Below are positions 9,597 to 21,602 of a stretch of 35,849 bases of DNA, in pieces. Every line of letters starts with the position of its first letter. Position 1 is the first letter of the stretch. Source of the stretch: Actinomycetota bacterium. Its GTDB lineage: Bacteria; Actinomycetota; Actinomycetes; Nanopelagicales; Nanopelagicaceae. Both the position numbers and the translations under genes were made by a program. The DNA lies in the NCBI GenBank assembly GCA_947486485.1, contig CANKTS010000001.1, forward strand, positions 1 through 35,849. The letters run 5' to 3'. The notes under the pieces are model-generated. The model made no database searches and was not told the DNA's origin. It worked only from the letters and a program-made list of their open reading frames with translations.

Positions 9597-12436
9597 TGAA
9601 TGATCGGTTAATAGTTCGTGGTGCCCGTGAGCATAATCTTAAAAATGTTTCATTAGATATGCCACGTAATTCACTAATTGTTTTTACTGGTCTTTCTGGA
9701 TCTGGAAAATCATCACTAGCCTTTGATACTATTTTTGCTGAAGGACAGAGACGGTATGTTGAATCACTTTCAGCCTATGCTCGACAGTTCCTAGGGCAGA
9801 TGGATAAGCCAGATGTAGATTTTATTGAGGGTCTATCACCTGCAGTTTCAATTGATCAAAAATCAACAAATCGAAATCCGCGCTCAACAGTTGGCACAAT
9901 TACTGAGGTTTATGATTATCTACGTTTACTTTTTGCTCGGGCTGGTAAACCACACTGCCCAAAGTGTGGAAAGGCGATAGCAAAGCAGACTCCACAAAAT
10001 ATTGTTGACCAAATTCTGCAGATGCAGGATGGTAGTAAGTTTCAAGTTCTTGCTCCAGTTATTAGGGCGAGAAAGGGTGAATTCCTAGATCTTTTTAAAG
10101 ATTTTACAACACAAGGGTATGCCAGAGTGCGGGTAGATGGCACGGTTTATGCAATTGCCGAGGTGCCTAAGCTAAAGAAGCAAGAAAAACACACAATCGA
10201 GGTTGTAGTAGATCGATTAAGTGTTAAGGCAGAAAGTAAATCTCGAATTACAGATTCTATAGAGACAGCACTTCGACTTGCTAGCGGGTTAGTAATTCTA
10301 GATTTCGTAGATCTTAAAGCAGGCTCTGCAGATAAAGAGAAATCTTTTAGCGAGCATATGGCATGTCATGAGTGTGAATTATCTTTTGAGGAGTTAGAAC
10401 CAAGATCGTTCTCTTTTAATTCACCCTTTGGCGCATGTCCTGAGTGCTCTGGTATTGGTACAAAACTTGAGGTTGATGAGGATTTATTAATTCCAGATGA
10501 TTCGATATCTATCTATGAAGGTGCGATTGCACCCTGGTCAGGAGGGCAATCTTCTGAGTACTTTCTGCGCCTACTAGAGGGATTGGCAACGGATCTAAAG
10601 TTTTCACTAGATAATCCTTGGAAAAAGCTATCGGAAAAAGTTAGGACTGCTATTTTGCATGGCTGGGATTATGAGGTACATGTTAAGTATAAAAATAGGT
10701 ATGGTCGAGTTCGTAATTACACCACTGGATTTGAGGGAGTAGTACCTTTTATTCACCGCCGCCATGCAGAAACTGATAGTGATTTTAGTAGAGATAAGTA
10801 TGAAGCTTACATGCGTCAGACCCCGTGCCCAGTATGTAGTGGCAGTCGCCTAAAACCTGAAGTTTTAGCGGTTACGTTAGGTGGGAAGAATATTGCGCAA
10901 ATTTGTGAGTTTTCAATTGCAGAGTGTGAGGTGTTTCTAAAAAACATATCTCTTTCTGCTCGTGAAAAGAAGATTGCCGAGCGAGTATTAAAAGAGGTAA
11001 ATGACAGACTCAAGTTCCTGCTAGATGTAGGTCTTGATTACTTATCTCTTGCCCGCCCTGCTGCAACACTTTCAGGTGGTGAAGCACAACGAATTAGACT
11101 TGCCACCCAAATTGGTTCTGGCTTAACTGGAGTTTTATATGTTTTAGATGAACCAAGTATTGGTTTACACCAGCGTGATAATCGCAAGTTAATTGAAACT
11201 CTTACCAAACTTCGCGATCTCGGAAACACCTTAATTGTGGTTGAGCATGATGAGGACACAATTCGAACCGCTGACTGGATAGTTGATATTGGACCAGGTG
11301 CTGGCGAGCATGGCGGCAAGGTTGTTTCATCTGGCAGCTATGAGCAGTTGATAGTAGCGAAGGACTCCATAACTGGGGCTTATCTATCTGGAAAATTAGA
11401 GATTGCAATTCCAAAGAAGCGAAGAGTGATTGATTTAAAGAAATCATTAACTGTTAAATCAGCTAAAGAGAATAATTTACAAGATATTGATGTCACCTTT
11501 CCACTTGCAGCCTTTGTTGCTGTTACCGGAGTTAGTGGATCGGGTAAATCAACCTTGGTAAATGATATTTTATACTCAGTCTTGGCTAATAAATTAAATG
11601 GTGCCCGTATTGTGCCAGGCAGGCATCGCACAATTACTGGACTAGATCAACTTGATAAAGTTGTTCATGTTGACCAATCACCAATCGGCAGAACACCTAG
11701 ATCAAACCCTGCAACATACACAGGTGTCTTTGACAAGGTACGAGCGTTATTTGCTGAAACAAGTGAGGCGAAGGTACGTGGTTATCAGCAAGGCAGATTC
11801 TCCTTTAATGTAAAGGGCGGCAGGTGTGAGAACTGTTCTGGTGACGGAACAATCACTATCGAAATGAATTTTTTGCCTGATGTTTATGTACCGTGTGAGG
11901 TTTGCCATGGCGCAAGATATAACCGAGAGACTTTAGAGGTTCATTACAAAGCTAAAACTATTGCTCAGGTTCTTGATATGTCTATTGAAGAGGCAAATAA
12001 TTTTTTTGAATCAGTACCTGCTATCGCAAGATTTCTAAAAACTTTATGTGATGTTGGGCTTGGCTATGTCAGGCTTGGACAATCAGCTCCGACACTCTCA
12101 GGAGGTGAGGCACAGCGGGTAAAACTAGCAACTGAATTACAGCGCAGATCAACGGGGCGAACTATCTATGTGTTAGATGAACCAACAACTGGTTTGCACT
12201 TTGAAGATGTCCGTAAATTACTTCTAGTATTAAATAGATTAGTAGATACTGGAAATACTGTAATTGTGATTGAACATAATTTAGATGTAATCAAATCAGC
12301 TGATTGGGTTATTGATTTAGGACCTGAGGGTGGATCTGGTGGCGGATTAGTGGTGGCTGAGGGACGGCCTGAGGATATTGTAAAAAATAGTAAGAGCTAT
12401 ACCGGAAAGTTTTTAGCTCAGGTATTAAAAAAGTAG
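9596..12436 (+). CDS. uvrA: Excinuclease ABC subunit A
   Basis: [23 protein letters not shown], two LSGGEAQR signatures, Zn-finger CxxC pairs. Confidence 0.99.
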   Translation: MNDRLIVRGAREHNLKNVSLDMPRNSLIVFTGLSGSGKSSLAFDTIFAEGQRRYVESLSAYARQFLGQMDKPDVDFIEGLSPAVSIDQKSTNRNPRSTVGTITEVYDYLRLLFARAGKPHCPKCGKAIAKQTPQNIVDQILQMQDGSKFQVLAPVIRARKGEFLDLFKDFTTQGYARVRVDGTVYAIAEVPKLKKQEKHTIEVVVDRLSVKAESKSRITDSIETALRLASGLVILDFVDLKAGSADKEKSFSEHMACHECELSFEELEPRSFSFNSPFGACPECSGIGTKLEVDEDLLIPDDSISIYEGAIAPWSGGQSSEYFLRLLEGLATDLKFSLDNPWKKLSEKVRTAILHGWDYEVHVKYKNRYGRVRNYTTGFEGVVPFIHRRHAETDSDFSRDKYEAYMRQTPCPVCSGSRLKPEVLAVTLGGKNIAQICEFSIAECEVFLKNISLSAREKKIAERVLKEVNDRLKFLLDVGLDYLSLARPAATLSGGEAQRIRLATQIGSGLTGVLYVLDEPSIGLHQRDNRKLIETLTKLRDLGNTLIVVEHDEDTIRTADWIVDIGPGAGEHGGKVVSSGSYEQLIVAKDSITGAYLSGKLEIAIPKKRRVIDLKKSLTVKSAKENNLQDIDVTFPLAAFVAVTGVSGSGKSTLVNDILYSVLANKLNGARIVPGRHRTITGLDQLDKVVHVDQSPIGRTPRSNPATYTGVFDKVRALFAETSEAKVRGYQQGRFSFNVKGGRCENCSGDGTITIEMNFLPDVYVPCEVCHGARYNRETLEVHYKAKTIAQVLDMSIEEANNFFESVPAIARFLKTLCDVGLGYVRLGQSAPTLSGGEAQRVKLATELQRRSTGRTIYVLDEPTTGLHFEDVRKLLLVLNRLVDTGNTVIVIEHNLDVIKSADWVIDLGPEGGSGGGLVVAEGRPEDIVKNSKSYTGKFLAQVLKK

Positions 12437-12439
12437 ATC

Positions 12440-14353
12440 ATGGCTGATCCACAGAGTTATCGACCAAGTAATTTACCAACTGATCCAGGTGTTTACCGCT
12501 TCTTTGATAAAGACGAAAAGGTAATTTATGTTGGGAAAGCAAAGAATATAAAGAATCGACTCAACTCCTATTTTGGTAGTAATTTGCAGATTAAAACTAG
12601 GAGAATGGTGCATACCGCTGTTCGGGTTGACTGGACTATTGTAAATAGTGAGGTTGAAGCACTTCAGCTTGAATTCACTTGGATAAAACAATACAACCCA
12701 GATTTTAATGTTCAGTTTAAAGATGATAAGTCATATCCACATCTGGCGATTGACTTAATCTCAGAGTTTCCACGTCTTTTTATATCCCGTGCTAAGAAAG
12801 TTGCAGGAGTTAAGTATTTTGGCCCCTACTCACATGCCTGGGCGCTAAGAAGTACATTTGAGACTTTAATAAAAATATATCCAGTCCGTACATGCAGTGA
12901 ATCTAATTTTAAATCAGCAGTGCGTAGTAAGCGCCAATGTTTATTAGGTGATATTGGAAGATGTGCCGCTCCTTGTGTTGGTTGGGTTACCCCGCAAGAG
13001 CATAAAAAATTAGCAAATGATCTGGTTAGATTCTTAGAGAAATCACCAGAGGAAATAGCAACTCGGATTGAAGAGGAAATGAGTATTGCATCAGCAGCAC
13101 AGGAGTATGAAAAGGCGGCAAAGCTTCGGGATCAACTAGATGCGATTAATAAAGCCTTTGAATCTACTGATCGGTTTTTGAATGAAAATATTGATGCAGA
13201 TGTGCTCGCAATCCATGAAGAGATAACTCATGCTGCGCTCTCACAATTTACTGTTGTAGCAGGTCGAATTACCGGTTCTAGGTCCTGGGTAGTCGATCGA
13301 GCAAATCTATTAGAGGATGAGGGAATCATCGCTGCAATGTGTGGAAAAGTTTATGGCGAAAATAAGCCACCTGCTGAAATTCTAGTCGACCTACTGCCTC
13401 AGGACTCATCAGTTCTAGAACAATGGCTTACTGTTCAACGCGGTAAAAATGTTTCATTATCGCAGCCGGTACGGGGTGAAAAATTAGAGTTAGTTCAAAT
13501 GGTCAAGCGCAATGCTCACCAAACATTAATTCAATATTTAAGTAAGCGGGCAAATGATGCGGCGGTGAGTGGTAGCGCACTTGCTGAAATTGCTGAACAA
13601 CTTGAGCTGGCCGAGTTACCACTTCGAATTGAATGCTTTGATATTTCAAATATTCAAGGAACAAGCATGGTGGCATCTATGGTTGTGTTTGAGGATGGTC
13701 AACCAAAGAAGAGCGATTATCGAAGATTTTCGATTGCAGATGATGCTGGATTTGATGACACCAGGGCGATGGCTCATGTAATTACAAGACGCTTTAAAAG
13801 ATATTTAGATGAAAAAGATATTGATGTCGCAGAGGCAGCTGCACAAGGGGCACAGCGACCAAAGTTTGCATACCCACCGCAGCTAGTGGTAGTCGATGGT
13901 GGTAAGCCACAGGTCAATGCAGCAGCAAAGGCATTACGGGAGTTAGGCATTACCAATGTCGCACTATGTGGTCTAGCTAAGCGACTAGAGGAGGTTTGGC
14001 TACCAAATAATAGTGAGCCCATAATTTTTCCAAGACATAGTGAGGCCTTATATCTACTGCAGAAAGTAAGGGATGAAGCACACAGATTTGCAATAAATTT
14101 TCACCGATCAAAGAGATCAAAGATTATGTTGGAGTCGCTTTTGGATGAGGTAGCTGGATTAGGTGAGGTGAGAAGGAAATCCTTACTAACACATTTTGGC
14201 TCTGTAACTGCATTAAAAAAGGCTACCTCTGAGGAGCTAGCGGCAGTGCCTGGTATTGGTATAAAGATGGCAAAAACCATTATGGAGCAAGTAAATAACC
14301 AAGGGGTAGCATTAAATATTGATATGCAAAGCGGTGAGATTTTAGATGCTTGA
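12440..14353 (+). CDS. uvrC: Excinuclease ABC subunit C
   Basis: GIY-YIG (PGVY..IYVGKAKN), RIECFDISN, VDGGKPQ, RDEAHRFAI, HhH. Confidence 0.98.
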   Translation: MADPQSYRPSNLPTDPGVYRFFDKDEKVIYVGKAKNIKNRLNSYFGSNLQIKTRRMVHTAVRVDWTIVNSEVEALQLEFTWIKQYNPDFNVQFKDDKSYPHLAIDLISEFPRLFISRAKKVAGVKYFGPYSHAWALRSTFETLIKIYPVRTCSESNFKSAVRSKRQCLLGDIGRCAAPCVGWVTPQEHKKLANDLVRFLEKSPEEIATRIEEEMSIASAAQEYEKAAKLRDQLDAINKAFESTDRFLNENIDADVLAIHEEITHAALSQFTVVAGRITGSRSWVVDRANLLEDEGIIAAMCGKVYGENKPPAEILVDLLPQDSSVLEQWLTVQRGKNVSLSQPVRGEKLELVQMVKRNAHQTLIQYLSKRANDAAVSGSALAEIAEQLELAELPLRIECFDISNIQGTSMVASMVVFEDGQPKKSDYRRFSIADDAGFDDTRAMAHVITRRFKRYLDEKDIDVAEAAAQGAQRPKFAYPPQLVVVDGGKPQVNAAAKALRELGITNVALCGLAKRLEEVWLPNNSEPIIFPRHSEALYLLQKVRDEAHRFAINFHRSKRSKIMLESLLDEVAGLGEVRRKSLLTHFGSVTALKKATSEELAAVPGIGIKMAKTIMEQVNNQGVALNIDMQSGEILDA

Positions 14354-14375
14354 CAGGTAGTAGAAGATACAGGTG

Positions 14376-15308
14376 ATGAGTATAAATCCAAGGGTTGTTT
14401 GCCTAGGCGGTGGGCATGGCCTGGCTGCAACATTGGCTGCAATGCGCACATTAACTAATCAAGTAACTGCAGTTGTTACCGTGGCAGATAATGGTGGCTC
14501 CTCTGGCAGATTACGCGCTGAATTTAATTCATTGCCCCCTGGGGATTTACGAATGGCACTTGCTGCCCTGTGTGCAGATGATGAATGGGGAAAAAGTTGG
14601 GCGCAGATTATGCAGTACCGATTTACCAGCTCAGGTGAGATGGATAACCATGCAATTGGAAACTTACTGCTGACCGCACTTTGGGATCGCGATGGTGATC
14701 CAGTTAAAGGATTGGACAGAGTTGGCCAACTGCTTAAGGTGGTGGGAAGAGTTTTACCAATGGCATTAGAACCCCTTGATATTGAAGGTAAATTTGTAAG
14801 TAGATCAGGCAGTAAATTAGTTAGAGGGCAGGTAGAGGTAGCGGCTGCAACCGGGAAAGTAGAGGAGTTAAAGTTAATTCCTAGCAAACCAAAAGCGACA
14901 CCGGAAGCCCTAGATGCACTACAAAAGGCAGATTGGATAACAGTAGGTCCTGGCTCGTGGTTATCTAGTGTTATGCCGCACTTTTTACTAAGTGAGCAGG
15001 CTAAGCAGATACAGCAGAGTAATGCTAAGAAAATAATGATTTTTAACTTGCCAGATAAAAATACTTCTGATGAGTTTTCAGGCTTCTCACTTGAGGCACA
15101 TTTGCAATTAGTGCTCAATCACACACCTGATTTAAGTATCGATGTAGCCCTAATTGACAAATCATTAGAGGGATTAGAGCCTAAATTTGAGAAGTTAGTT
15201 GCAAAATGTGGAGGTCGAGTTGTGGCATTTGATCTGGCAGATAGTAAAGAAACATTCCATCATGATCGGGAGAAACTAATTTTGGCTTTCACCCACATTT
15301 TCAAGTAA
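14376..15308 (+). CDS. yvcK: UDP-GlcNAc-binding gluconeogenesis factor YvcK/CuvA family
   Basis: LGGGHGL, VTVADNGGSSGRLR, PPGDLR, HAIGNL, GPGSW; start GTG 14373 or ATG 14376. Confidence 0.92.
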   Translation: MSINPRVVCLGGGHGLAATLAAMRTLTNQVTAVVTVADNGGSSGRLRAEFNSLPPGDLRMALAALCADDEWGKSWAQIMQYRFTSSGEMDNHAIGNLLLTALWDRDGDPVKGLDRVGQLLKVVGRVLPMALEPLDIEGKFVSRSGSKLVRGQVEVAAATGKVEELKLIPSKPKATPEALDALQKADWITVGPGSWLSSVMPHFLLSEQAKQIQQSNAKKIMIFNLPDKNTSDEFSGFSLEAHLQLVLNHTPDLSIDVALIDKSLEGLEPKFEKLVAKCGGRVVAFDLADSKETFHHDREKLILAFTHIFK

Positions 15309-15351
15309 TACCTGCTTAGATAACCCCATTAAACGGTTAGAGGAGAATTAA

Positions 15352-16329
15352 ATGGCAATGACTGAAGCGGTTAAAGATGAGCTAAGTAGGCTATCTATAA
15401 CCAAGCCTTGTTGTCGTAAATCTGAGGTTTCTTCACTTCTTAGATTTGCTGGCGGTCTTCATGTAGCCGCTGGAAAGATAATTGTTGAGGTTGAATTAGA
15501 TACTGCGCAAACAGCCCGCCGATTGCGTAAAGATATTGCTGAGGTCTTTGGACATGAGAGTGAATTATCAGTTGTCTCCGCTAGTGGAATTCGCAAAGGC
15601 TCTCGCTATATTGTTCGAGTTTTAGCAGATGGTGATGCACTTGCTAGACAAACTGGATTAGTCGATGCAAATAATCGACCAATTAGAGGATTACCTCCAC
15701 AGGTTGTCTCTGCTGCAATTTGTGATTCAGAGGCTGCTTGGCGCGGTGCATTTTTAGCCCATGGTTCCTTAACTGAACCTGGTAGATCATCTGCACTAGA
15801 GATAACCTGTCCTGGACCTGAGGCCGCTCTTGCTTTAGTTGGCGCCGCCCGTAGATTAGGAATAACTGCAAAAGCTCGTGAGGTACGTGGTGTAGATCGA
15901 GTTGTAATTCGTGATGGTGATGCAATTGGTGCACTGCTAACTAGATTAGGCGCGCATGAAACAGTTTTGGCATGGGAGGAACGGCGAATGCGCCGTGAAG
16001 TGCGGGCAACTGCAAACAGATTAGCAAATTTTGATGATGCAAATCTACGCAGATCAGCTCGGGCTGCAGTTGCTGCATCAGCAAGAGTGCAGCGCGCAAT
16101 GGAGATTTTAGGTGTTGAGATTCCTGACCACCTCAAGGAGGCAGGAGAACTTAGGGTCAATCATGGGCAAGCGAGTTTGGAGGAGCTTGGCTCTCTTGCA
16201 ACTCCACCAATGACAAAGGATGCAATTGCAGGCCGAATTCGTAGATTACTTGCAATGGCTGATAAGCGTGCTCGAGAATTAGGTGTACCAGATACTGAAG
16301 CCAGTATTAGTCCTGATTTATTGAACTAA
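15352..16329 (+). CDS. whiA: DNA-binding protein WhiA
   Basis: [45 protein letters not shown]; SD AGAGGAG upstream. Confidence 0.97.
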   Translation: MAMTEAVKDELSRLSITKPCCRKSEVSSLLRFAGGLHVAAGKIIVEVELDTAQTARRLRKDIAEVFGHESELSVVSASGIRKGSRYIVRVLADGDALARQTGLVDANNRPIRGLPPQVVSAAICDSEAAWRGAFLAHGSLTEPGRSSALEITCPGPEAALALVGAARRLGITAKAREVRGVDRVVIRDGDAIGALLTRLGAHETVLAWEERRMRREVRATANRLANFDDANLRRSARAAVAASARVQRAMEILGVEIPDHLKEAGELRVNHGQASLEELGSLATPPMTKDAIAGRIRRLLAMADKRARELGVPDTEASISPDLLN

Positions 16330-16411
16330 TTAGAAGATAATTTCCTGATAAGATAAGCACCTCACAACGTTGTGGTGTTAATTTTGGTAAAAATATTAAA
16401 TTATGGTTTAG

Positions 16412-17425
<1,014 letters not shown>

Positions 17426-17430
17426 TTTAG

Positions 17431-18618
17431 ATGGGTATAAAAACACTTTCCCAATTAGATCCACAAAACGCTCAGGTAATTTTGCGGTGTGATTTAAATG
17501 TTCCAATTAAAGATGGTGTTATCGCTGACGATGGACGTATTCGTGCCTCCCTTGCCACGATAAATAAGCTGCTTGCAGGTAATTGTTCAATTGTGATTCT
17601 TGCCCACCTGGGTAGGCCGAAAGGCGAGCGCAAAGTCGAATTATCATTAGCTCCAATCGCTAAACGACTAGGTGAATTACTTAAAATCGAAGTTAAGTTT
17701 TCCAGTTCAATCACTGGCGTAGCTAACCAGGCACGGGCATTGAAAAGTGGTGAGGTTATGCTTCTTGAAAATATTCGTTTTGAATCTGCTGAGACTAGTA
17801 AAGATGAATCTGAGCGCGCGGCATTAGCAGCGGAGTTAGCTACCTATGGCGATCTATATGTTGGCGATGGCTTTGGCGCTGTGCACCGCAAACATGCATC
17901 GGTTTATGAATTGGCTAAATTATTACCAAATGCTGCGGGTGATCTTGTTTGTGCTGAGGTTGATGTACTAGAAAGGTTAACTAAGAATCCAGATCGACCA
18001 TATGCCGTCGTGTTGGGGGGAGCTAAGGTTTCAGACAAGATTGCAGTTATTTCTAATCTCTTAGAAAAGGTGAATGTAATTGCTGTTGGCGGTGGAATGG
18101 TCTTTACCTTTCTAGCCGCTCAAGGTAAGGAGATCGGCAAATCATTAGTTGAGCCAGAACTAATTCCAACCGTAAGAGAATTACTTCTCCGAGCTGAGAA
18201 GTTGGGAATTAAGTTTCTGCTACCGATTGATATAGTTGTTGCACCAGAGTTTTCTGCAGATGCTAAACCAACCTTAGTCTCAGCTGATTCGATACCTGCT
18301 GATCAAATGGGTTTAGATATCGGACCAGCCTCTGCTAGCAACTTTGCTGCTGCAATTACACAATGTAAAACAGTTTTTTGGAATGGACCTATGGGAGTTT
18401 TTGAGTTTGCAAATTTCTCACATGGCACAAAGGCCATCGCAAAAGCATTGACTCAAGTTGATGGAATGGCAGTTGTCGGCGGGGGAGATTCAGCGGCGGC
18501 AGTTCGTAAACTAGGCTTTGCAGATAATGAGTTTAGTTATATCTCAACTGGCGGGGGTGCATCTCTTGAGTATCTTGAAGGAAAAGATTTGCCTGGCCTA
18601 GTTGCTTTAAGTAAGTAA
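17431..18618 (+). CDS. pgk: Phosphoglycerate kinase
   Basis: DLNVP, HLGRPKG, LLENIRF, GGAKVSDK, WNGPMGVFE, STGGGASLE. Confidence 0.99.
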   Translation: MGIKTLSQLDPQNAQVILRCDLNVPIKDGVIADDGRIRASLATINKLLAGNCSIVILAHLGRPKGERKVELSLAPIAKRLGELLKIEVKFSSSITGVANQARALKSGEVMLLENIRFESAETSKDESERAALAAELATYGDLYVGDGFGAVHRKHASVYELAKLLPNAAGDLVCAEVDVLERLTKNPDRPYAVVLGGAKVSDKIAVISNLLEKVNVIAVGGGMVFTFLAAQGKEIGKSLVEPELIPTVRELLLRAEKLGIKFLLPIDIVVAPEFSADAKPTLVSADSIPADQMGLDIGPASASNFAAAITQCKTVFWNGPMGVFEFANFSHGTKAIAKALTQVDGMAVVGGGDSAAAVRKLGFADNEFSYISTGGGASLEYLEGKDLPGLVALSK

Positions 18619-18627
18619 GGGAGAGAA

Positions 18628-19410
18628 ATGCGTAAACCTTTGATTGCCGGAAATTGGAAGATGAATTTAAATCATCTTGAAGCAATAGCGGTGACTCAAA
18701 AATTAGCCTATTCACTCGATGATCGTGATTATGATGCTGTTGAAGTGGTTGTTATTCCACCATTTACAGATATTAGATCTGTTCAAACTTTAATTGATGG
18801 TGACCGCTTGCGATTACTTTATGGCGCCCAAGATATATCAACAGCGCAATCTGGTGCATTTACCGGAGAGATCTCAGGTGCTATGTTGGCAAAGCTTGGC
18901 TGCACTTATGTATTAGTTGGTCATAGTGAGCGCCGAACAAATCATAAAGAGGATGATGAACTACTCAACCGCAAGATTAAGGCAGTATTTGCAAATGAGT
19001 TAAAACCAATTCTTTGTGTCGGAGAGGAGTTATCGGTTAGAGAAGCGGGCACTCATGTGGCTTATGTTTTAACACAATTACGAAATGCTCTTAAAGGATT
19101 ACACAAACCTGATTTAAAGAAAATTGTAGTTGCTTATGAACCAGTATGGGCAATTGGAACTGGTAAGACCGCAACCCCTGAGGATGCACAAGAGGTTTGT
19201 GCCGCAATTAGGCAAGAGCTTCGTAAAATTGGCAGTGATGAGATTGCAGATAATTGTCGAATTATTTATGGTGGTTCTGTAAAATCAATTAACACCTTGG
19301 ATATTATGAAAGAGCCAGATATTGATGGGGCGTTAGTAGGGGGAGCCTGCCTTGATCCAGAAGAGTTTGCGCGGATATCTAAATTCCATAGAGTGCTAAA
19401 TAAGGCTTAG
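18628..19410 (+). CDS. tpiA: Triosephosphate isomerase
   Basis: [29 protein letters not shown]. Confidence 0.99.
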   Translation: MRKPLIAGNWKMNLNHLEAIAVTQKLAYSLDDRDYDAVEVVVIPPFTDIRSVQTLIDGDRLRLLYGAQDISTAQSGAFTGEISGAMLAKLGCTYVLVGHSERRTNHKEDDELLNRKIKAVFANELKPILCVGEELSVREAGTHVAYVLTQLRNALKGLHKPDLKKIVVAYEPVWAIGTGKTATPEDAQEVCAAIRQELRKIGSDEIADNCRIIYGGSVKSINTLDIMKEPDIDGALVGGACLDPEEFARISKFHRVLNKA

Positions 19411-19499
19411 ATCGGCTTAATTAAGAAAAGTAGAGCAAAAGATAGTATCCTTTGCCGATAGCCAACAGGCTTTAAGCTCTAGTTAGTGAAGGCGAGTAA

Positions 19500-19727
19500 A
19501 TGAATTTAGCTCTTTCTATTCTTTTGATCGTTGCAAGTATCTTGATGATTGTTTTAGTTTTACTACATAAGGGCAAGGGTTCTGGCTTATCAGATCTTTT
19601 TGGTGGTGGCATCTCTTCAACATACGGAGGCTCGTCAGTTGTTGAAAAGAATTTAGATCGTATAACAATTGTGGTCGGTGGTGTTTGGTTTGCAACAGTT
19701 GTTGCACTTAGTTTGTTATTGAAGTAA
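19500..19727 (+). CDS. secG: Preprotein translocase subunit SecG
   Basis: Two TM segments with LLHKGKGSGLSDLFGGG and VEKNLDRIT; tpiA-secG synteny. Confidence 0.96.
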   Translation: MNLALSILLIVASILMIVLVLLHKGKGSGLSDLFGGGISSTYGGSSVVEKNLDRITIVVGGVWFATVVALSLLLK

Positions 19728-19749
19728 TTACAAAACCAAAGGAGTAAAA

Positions 19750-20091
19750 ATGGCTGGTGGAAGTGCAATTCGTGGTAGTCGTGTTGGTGCTGGACCCATG
19801 GGTGAGGCTGAGCGTGGTGAGTCGATTGCTCGCTTTAGAGTTTCATACTGGTGTGCTAATGGCCATGAAACAAAACCTTCTTTTGCCGAAGATGGCACAG
19901 TAGAGGTCCCTGCAGAGTGGGATTGTCCAAGATGTGGCTTTCCGGCTGGTCAGGATAAGAATAAGCCACCAATGCCAGTGAAAAATGAACCTTATAAAAC
20001 ACATTTAGCTTATGTAAAAGAGCGCCGCACTGAGGCAGAGGCTAATAAAGTTTTAGATATTGCGCTTAAAAAAATACGTGGTGAGGATTAG
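19750..20091 (+). CDS. rbpA: RNA polymerase-binding protein RbpA
   Basis: AIRGSRVG, YWCANGH, WDCPRCG, YKTHLAYVKERR; SD AAGGAG. Confidence 0.95.
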   Translation: MAGGSAIRGSRVGAGPMGEAERGESIARFRVSYWCANGHETKPSFAEDGTVEVPAEWDCPRCGFPAGQDKNKPPMPVKNEPYKTHLAYVKERRTEAEANKVLDIALKKIRGED

Positions 20092-21602
20092 TTCTTTTTA
20101 ATCTCTGCCAGTAATTTTGCTATACCTTCTTTACGATTCTTCAAGTGAATTCGAATCAAAGGTAAATTTCGCTCTGAAAGTGCAGCGGCATCACCAAGTG
20201 CCTGCGCCATAATTAATTGTGAAAACGAGTAGCTCTCACCTGGAATTTTGATATCGTTTTTAGATTCACCGGTTATCTGTATAAAAGCTCCATTTTGCTG
20301 ACCACCCTTATGAAACTGCCCAGTTGAATGAAGAAACCTAGGTCCCCAACCAAAGGTAGTAGCTCGCCTGCTTTTATTAAAAATTAGTGGCTGCAACTTT
20401 GCAATCTCATCATCGTCACCTCTTGTTAAATATGCCATCACAGCAAAGTAGGTAGCGGGTGTTTTTACAAAATCAGTAAGGCTCTTAACTGAGGTATTTG
20501 AGTAGATCACAAGATCATCATCTTCATAGGAGGGCTTTGGGATTATAAAGTTGCCTTTATCCAGATTAGAAAGTATTTTTGCTGTTCGATCCTTTGCTTC
20601 AGTCACATTTGGTTGATTAAAGGGATCAACATCTAGCAGGTGGCAAAGAAGTGCGGTTACCCACTCCCACAAAATAAATTGCTCACCTAAAGATGCTTCA
20701 ACAACTAAATCAAAATCACCCTTTACAAATCCAACGGATAATCCAGTATGTTCTTTGGCAGGCTCAATAATAACTACTGGTAGCCGGCCAGTTTGATCCT
20801 TCCCAGTAGATTCAGCTATTAATTGTTCAATCCAATCTGATAATCCAGGTGTATTTGAGTTCTCATCACAAAAGCTAATTATTTGATCTGTAGCTGAGAA
20901 TAATGCTGCTGCAATTGATATTGCAGGTGAATCATCAGATAAAAATTTACGAGATGCCTTCTCCGCATCATCTAGCAAAACAGATATATCAACTCCCACT
21001 AGGGCTGCGGGTACTAAACCAAAGGCAGACAAAGCACTAAATCGCCCACCAACATTTGGATCTGCATTAATTACCCGAAAGCCACCAGAGCGAGCTGATT
21101 TATCAAGTGCGGTTGCTGGATCAGTAATAATCACTATGTGATCAGTAGGGTTTAGATTGCTATCTGAGAATATTTTTTGATAGAACTTAAACTGAGATTG
21201 AGTCTCAATTGTTCCACCAGATTTTGAAGCAATTACTATAACTGCCTTATTTAAATCCTTTGGGATCGAATTACTTATTTGATCAGGGTCTGTAGAATCA
21301 AGTACTGTTAATTCTTTTTTATAGGTTGCAGCTATTACCTGCGGCGCAAGAGATGAACCGCCCATGCCACACAAAACAATATTAGTTAATTTATTGCTTC
21401 TAGCCCAAGCAGATAGTGCATCTAGTTGAGGGAGCAGATCTCGGGATCTGGTAGGCAGATCAATCCAATCAAGTCGAGTTGCTGCCTCACTTTTTATCCC
21501 CCATATATTTGGATCTTTCTTAGCAATTCCTGGTGCTATTGCAGCTAATTTGGCAATTATCTCTGGCTTATTTCCACCTAAGACTGGCCCGGATATTTTC
21601 AT
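20088..21602 (-). CDS. pgi: Glucose-6-phosphate isomerase
   Basis: LCGMGGSSLAP, ASKSGGTIET, VGGRFSAL, EQLIAESTGK, PFNQPNV, LHSTGQFHKGG. Confidence 0.94.
   Translation of the reverse strand: MKISGPVLGGNKPEIIAKLAAIAPGIAKKDPNIWGIKSEAATRLDWIDLPTRSRDLLPQLDALSAWARSNKLTNIVLCGMGGSSLAPQVIAATYKKELTVLDSTDPDQISNSIPKDLNKAVIVIASKSGGTIETQSQFKFYQKIFSDSNLNPTDHIVIITDPATALDKSARSGGFRVINADPNVGGRFSALSAFGLVPAALVGVDISVLLDDAEKASRKFLSDDSPAISIAAALFSATDQIISFCDENSNTPGLSDWIEQLIAESTGKDQTGRLPVVIIEPAKEHTGLSVGFVKGDFDLVVEASLGEQFILWEWVTALLCHLLDVDPFNQPNVTEAKDRTAKILSNLDKGNFIIPKPSYEDDDLVIYSNTSVKSLTDFVKTPATYFAVMAYLTRGDDDEIAKLQPLIFNKSRRATTFGWGPRFLHSTGQFHKGGQQNGAFIQITGESKNDIKIPGESYSFSQLIMAQALGDAAALSERNLPLIRIHLKNRKEGIAKLLAEIKKN

Noticed and set aside
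14459-15118. 219-aa antisense ORF
   Set aside because: It lies entirely opposite yvcK, has no recognisable motif and looks like an antisense codon shadow.
15606-16160. 184-aa antisense ORF
   Set aside because: Shadow of the Ala/Arg-rich whiA gene.
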